DNA of 64,000 bases from assembly GCF_009914755.1 (NCBI RefSeq), contig NC_060925.1; one strand, given 5' to 3'. The number at the start of each line of letters is the position of its first letter. Positions within the stretch are counted from its first letter, which is position 1. Made by a program: the position numbers and the translations under genes. Shown piece by piece: positions 58,650 through 64,000 of the stretch. A model generated the notes under the pieces. It did not search any database. It was not told where the DNA came from and was given only the letters and a program-made list of their open reading frames with translations. Origin of the DNA: the human T2T-CHM13v2.0 reference genome, Homo sapiens.

Positions 58650-60854
58650 ATTGCTTCTTTATGTTTATGGGTTTTTTAAATCTCTTTGTTGAAGTTGTCA
58701 TTTTGTCCCCGCTTTCCTAATTTTGTTATATCGTTTACCTGTGTTGTCTTGTAGCTCACCAAGCATCTAAAGGACAATTACTTTAAATTATTTGGCAGCT
58801 AACTCATGAATACCCATTTCTTTGGGGTCAGTTACTGTAAGTTTGCATTCCTTTGGTGGTGTCATAGTTTTCTGAATTTTCATGCTTCTTTTATCCTTGC
58901 ATTGGTGTCAGTGCATTTGAAGCAGCACTTACCTCTTCCAGACCACCTTTGGTAAGAAAAGTTCTTCACTGAGAGGGGGAGCAGAAGTATGCTGTGACAC
59001 TGAGTCTAATGGCATGTGAGATGCCAACTGCTGTAACCTGTCACAGCTCTGTGTCCAGGAGGGACAGGAGTGGTGGCACAGGAGCTGAAGTAGCCAGGGT
59101 CCACAACATTTGGCAACTATGTTGTCCTCAGCTGTGAATGTTGTGGGGGTTTTGTGGTGCCCATGAGGGCTGCTGGGGTCCTTAGTGGTGCCACTGGATA
59201 TAGCAGCAAGTGCACCTGCATAGATAATGCCGAAGTTGGCAGTCAAGACTGGGGAGAGCTAGGGGTGCACACAACAGGAGGGTTGGTGGCAAGTATGCCT
59301 GTGGCACTAACAACCAAGACCAGCAGCAGGTGTTTATGTGGTGGCAAGAGGTGGCCATAGGCAGGCATATGTGCAGCAGTGCAAACCACCAGTGAGTATG
59401 TGGCTGCAACAGCCAAAGCCAATAGCAGGCATATGTACAGTGGTGAGAGCTGGGTAAGGGCATGCACGCAGTGGTGCAAATAAGCAGTGCTTGCATGCAC
59501 TGTCATTAACAGCCAGGGCCAGTTGTGTGCATGCACATGCCCATGAGAATTGGTCACAGATGAATGTAGTGGTTAAAACTGGGGCTAGTGGGTCAGTGCC
59601 AACTGCAGGCATGCATGCAGTGACTGCACTGGTTCCCAGGGTTTGGGTGCCCACAGAGGCGCTGGCTGGGGCAGCTCCACTGGAGGTAAAAATAGCCTAG
59701 TCAGCTGGGGTCCATGAAGGAGAAAGCCAGAAGGCCATCTGCGGTGAAAGCCATGGGAATTCCAAGCCAGCTGGGAGGTCTTCAGTGGAGAAGGGTGCTG
59801 GGGTCATCTGAAGACCAGGCCGCTATGAACCATGGTATCCCCTGCCACGTGGCTGACACAATGCCCTCTGTCCTTCTTTATTCCTAGCTGCTTCCAGATA
59901 TCTCAGCTATGCCAGTCTTCCCCGGGATTTGAGTGGGATAAAACCAATGTGGATCTTTTGGGCAGTACCCACAAATTGTGAAGAGGCTGGACACTCACCC
60001 TGCTCTCATTTTCACCTGAGGGTAACATTTGGTAATGAGCTGTGCCAGCCTGACGGATGGCATAAAGATAAAATGAGACTTCTTCATACCCATTCTGTGT
60101 GGTTATTCTTGTTTTTGTTGTTGTTGTTTTGGTTTGGTTTTGCTTTGCTTTTTTGCTCTACTATGCTGCCGCAGCTTCTTATCTGGACTCCAAAGCCCTC
60201 CCACAGCTATTTCCATTCCTGGATGTCTATCAGATTGTTGTTTGTGGGGTTGAGGGCCAGGGTCTCCTACTCTACCATCTTGTTGGTAATACTTCCTTCT
60301 TGAATATCTTATATGTTTTTCCCCTCAAAAGCAGAAGTACCTTGGTAATGAGAGTAATGCTAAGTTACTGTTAAGTAATGTTAAGTAACTTTATTAACTT
60401 TTAGAGAACAGTATATCAGCTGATATCTGTTCTGTGTTAGCTTATTTCCTTCTTACTTCACAAACCTTAGTAAGTGGAATTTCTAAGGCTTATGCTATCC
60501 AAGACAGCTAGAAAGAATATCAAGTAATTTCAATTATTATCCCTCAAGTAAATGCCAGTCTCTCCCCAACCCCCATATACACACACAAACTTTGATTGAG
60601 AACTGTGTTTCTGTTTATCTCTGGGTTATCACTCAATGTCTTGCAGATTGCCTGGAATATTTTGCGAATGGGTGAACAGTCACAAGTACTGATTATCTGA
60701 GGAAACATCATATAATTAAACTCAAAGTATATCATTCAGTGATAATAAACACATTAACTTAACAAAATGTTGGATTTTCTCTCTTACTTACCTCTTCGTT
60801 TCGTACATTGAAACTGTAGCTAGTTAGAAGGAGGATTTCTTTCTTAATTATTAT

Positions 60855-61300
<446 letters not shown>

Positions 61301-61899
61301 TGACTTCATTATTTTTATCTGACTTCAAAATGTGTTTTGTATTCTTGAGTTCTCCCAAGTTCTAGATCTTTATTCTTAACTGACTCTGGATATTTTAAAC
61401 TCCATCTCCACTCTTGTAAAATCTGATCAATATTTAGTTTATTCCACCTTGTTTTCCTATTCTCAAAAGTCCTTTCAATCTTTCAATATTCAGCTCAATG
61501 GTCACCTCTTCTAATGCTGCTCTAGACTTCTTTGTAGTTCTCTTACTGCATTAGTCATATTCTACCATAGCATTTGCAACCTTGCACACCACTTCTAGCT
61601 AAAGCACTTGGAGGAGTTTCCTGATCAATCATGCTCCCTCCCATTTTCATGCCTCTGCATGTTCTGTTTCATCAAGCTAGAAGGCCTTTATCCCCATTCT
61701 TGCATTTTCATACCATGGAAGTTACCAAACGACTGCAAATGTTTAAATACACTTTTTGTTTTCATACTTTTAAAGATACATTTTTATATACCCTCTATTT
61801 CTAACATAGTTCTTAATATATATGTGATGAATAAATTGATGAGGCTTGAATGTATAACTTGCCTAAGATCCTAAGATAAAGATCAACACAGTTGATCTT

Positions 61900-62495
61900 T
61901 GTAAAATGGCACGTTCACTTTGAAAAACAATTTGGTAGTTCTTCAAAATGTTGAACATAGTTTCCATAGGACCCAGCAAGTCAACTCCTAGATGTATACT
62001 CAAGGGAAATAAAATCATATGTCCACACAAAAAACTTGTATACAAGTGTTCAGAGCAGCATTTCAGAATACCTAAAAAGTGGAAACAACCAAAATATCTA
62101 TCAATTGAATGGATAAACAAAATGTGGTATATTCATATGATGGATTATTATTTAGTAATAAAAAGGAATGAAGTATTCATACGTGTTACAACATGCATGA
62201 ACTCTCAAAATATTTTGCTAAGTGAAAGAAGCCACATACAATAGGTCACATGTTGTATGGTTCCATTTATATGAAATGTCCAGAATAGGCATGGAGACAA
62301 AAAGCATATAGTGGTTTCCAGGAGTTGTGGGGAGGAGGTAGTGGGAAGTGATCACTAATGGTTACAGGATTTCTTTTGGGAGTTATAAAATATTCTGTAA
62401 TTAGTGAGTGGTTATTGTTGCACAACTCTGTGAATATAGTAAAAACCACTTAATTGTATACTTTTTCAGAGTGAATTATATCTCAATAAAGCTAT
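61900..62495 (+). mobile_element. Old L1M (MB/ME-like) 3' end
   Basis: AAAGTGGAAACAACC...GAATGGATAAACAAAATGTGGTATAT...TATATCTCAATAAAGCT. Confidence 0.8.
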
Positions 62496-63878
62496 TATTA
62501 GCAAATGAACACAATAATGAAAATTCTCTATTTGTTCCAGATTTTTCATCAGGGGCTTAATCTTTGGAAATCAGAAAACAACTCTGCCTGCCTAGGACTT
62601 CCTGATCGTACATATTAATTGTACAATTATGAAATGTCAAAGGATCATTCTAAATTAACCCTTTTATCACCTTGTTGGTGAGAAAACTGAGCTCCAAGAA
62701 GCATAAATGACTTAAATAAGGTTATATAACTAGCTAGTAGAACCAAGGAAGAGTCTCATTCCAATGATTCATCTTTATTTGTCGATTTTGACATTTTTCT
62801 AAATCCCAAGGTTTTTTATGATTTAAAGAAAAAAATTAAAAAGTAAAAAGAAAAGCCTATTTATCTTTCATATTAACTCCAATAATTATTTCTAGATTTG
62901 TGGGAAATACAGGAAAAAAAAAAGGCTAAGAGAATAAACAACTGCACCTTTCTGCTCCTGTGAATGAGAAAAGACAACTATTAGTACTTAAAGGTTTTAC
63001 TCTTTAAAAACAATACAGCATAAGCACTCATAGTAGTAGTTACAGCAACATGGACCACTCTTTCCTCCTAGGGGATAGAAGATAATCAGACACTTAGCAA
63101 AGATGCTATTAGTATCTGGGAATTTGCCCCCAACTTTCAGAAAGACACTAAATTTAATCCATAGGAAAACATCTTTCAGAGTATTAGTTTCTAAAGTTTC
63201 CCTTTCAGCCCTACTTTTTGCAGCCTTTTTCACAGCCAATGGCAGATACAGGTGCAATAAGTAATTTCTGTGGTACTTATTCACTTGGGAGATTTTGGTG
63301 ATAGTAAAACATTTTCTTTGAAAGTCATGTTTGTTCTTTTCACCAAACAGCAACTCTTAAAAGAATTTTCACTTATTTTTCCATGGAAAAACACTGAGGA
63401 TATAATTTTTTTAAAAGAGCATTATTCAATGTTGACCTTCAAAAGCTGATTGTAAAATACCTCATCATATAATCTACAGCCAGAGAGTAACTCAGCAATT
63501 GTGTAGTCCAGCATTTCTACAACCTAGGTATCCACATGTACCTTAGGATGACATTGGCAGGTAGTGTGAGGAGCTAGGGGAATGGGGGGTGGTGGCAAGA
63601 ATAACAAATAGTGGTACATGCTAAATTTAGTTTAGAAAATTCTGGGTTAATTCGATAAATATTTAAGGAACATCAATTACATGCCAGGCTGTCTACTAGA
63701 TGCAGAGTAAGACAGATTTATACCAGAATTTTCTTAAAGCCTCGAACAAGCTACTGTTCACAATGAGCACAGTGACCATATATCCTAATTTGCTGTAGAC
63801 AGCCCCAGTTTACAGGCGCTATTCCAGCATTAATATCATCTCTTTTTACCTCTATAATCCTACATATGACTCTCTAAG

Positions 63879-63881
<3 letters not shown>

Positions 63882-63925
<44 letters not shown>

Positions 63926-63926
63926 T
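63882..63926. repeat. (TG)n microsatellite
   Basis: Direct reading. Confidence 0.95.
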
Positions 63927-64000
63927 AGCAAACAGATTTTCCTAAACTTAGATGGCCAATTACATACTTATACCTACATTCCTACGATTATCTCCTAAAA

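Noticed and set aside
58929-59700. Overlapping Cys/His-rich ORFs and GCATGCA-rich quasi-repeats
   Set aside because: Best explained as the degenerate GC-rich 5' region of the old L1M
62100-64000. SPATA6 annotated as a feature
   Set aside because: Adjacency is recalled, but no recognisable SPATA6 coding sequence or definable UTR boundary is visible in the window

Overview
Primate (human-like) genomic DNA; no prokaryotic system, RNA gene or CRISPR array is visible. Positions 1-15.4 kb hold the last six coding exons and 3' UTR of the sodium/glucose cotransporter gene SLC5A9 (SGLT4) on the + strand. All five junctions are frame-consistent and one intron has a GC donor. The rest is repeat-rich. 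A formerly full-length old L1M element (~38.8-60.3 kb, - strand, candidate 13-bp TSD) has grown to ~21.5 kb through nested L1PA, Alu and MaLR insertions plus at least two deletions. The most interesting unexplained signal is a chain of minus-strand exon-like segments (~63.5, 60.8/60.7, 38.3, 37.0, 33.5, 28.7/28.4 kb) ending near two poly(A) signals at ~27.15 kb. Their stop-interrupted translations resemble RGS-domain helices by eye, suggesting a decayed multi-exon RGS-like gene; this is unverified inference. Also notable is a 165-bp templated copy inserted inside a (TA)n tract in the last SLC5A9 intron. Repeat subfamily names are from memory and approximate.
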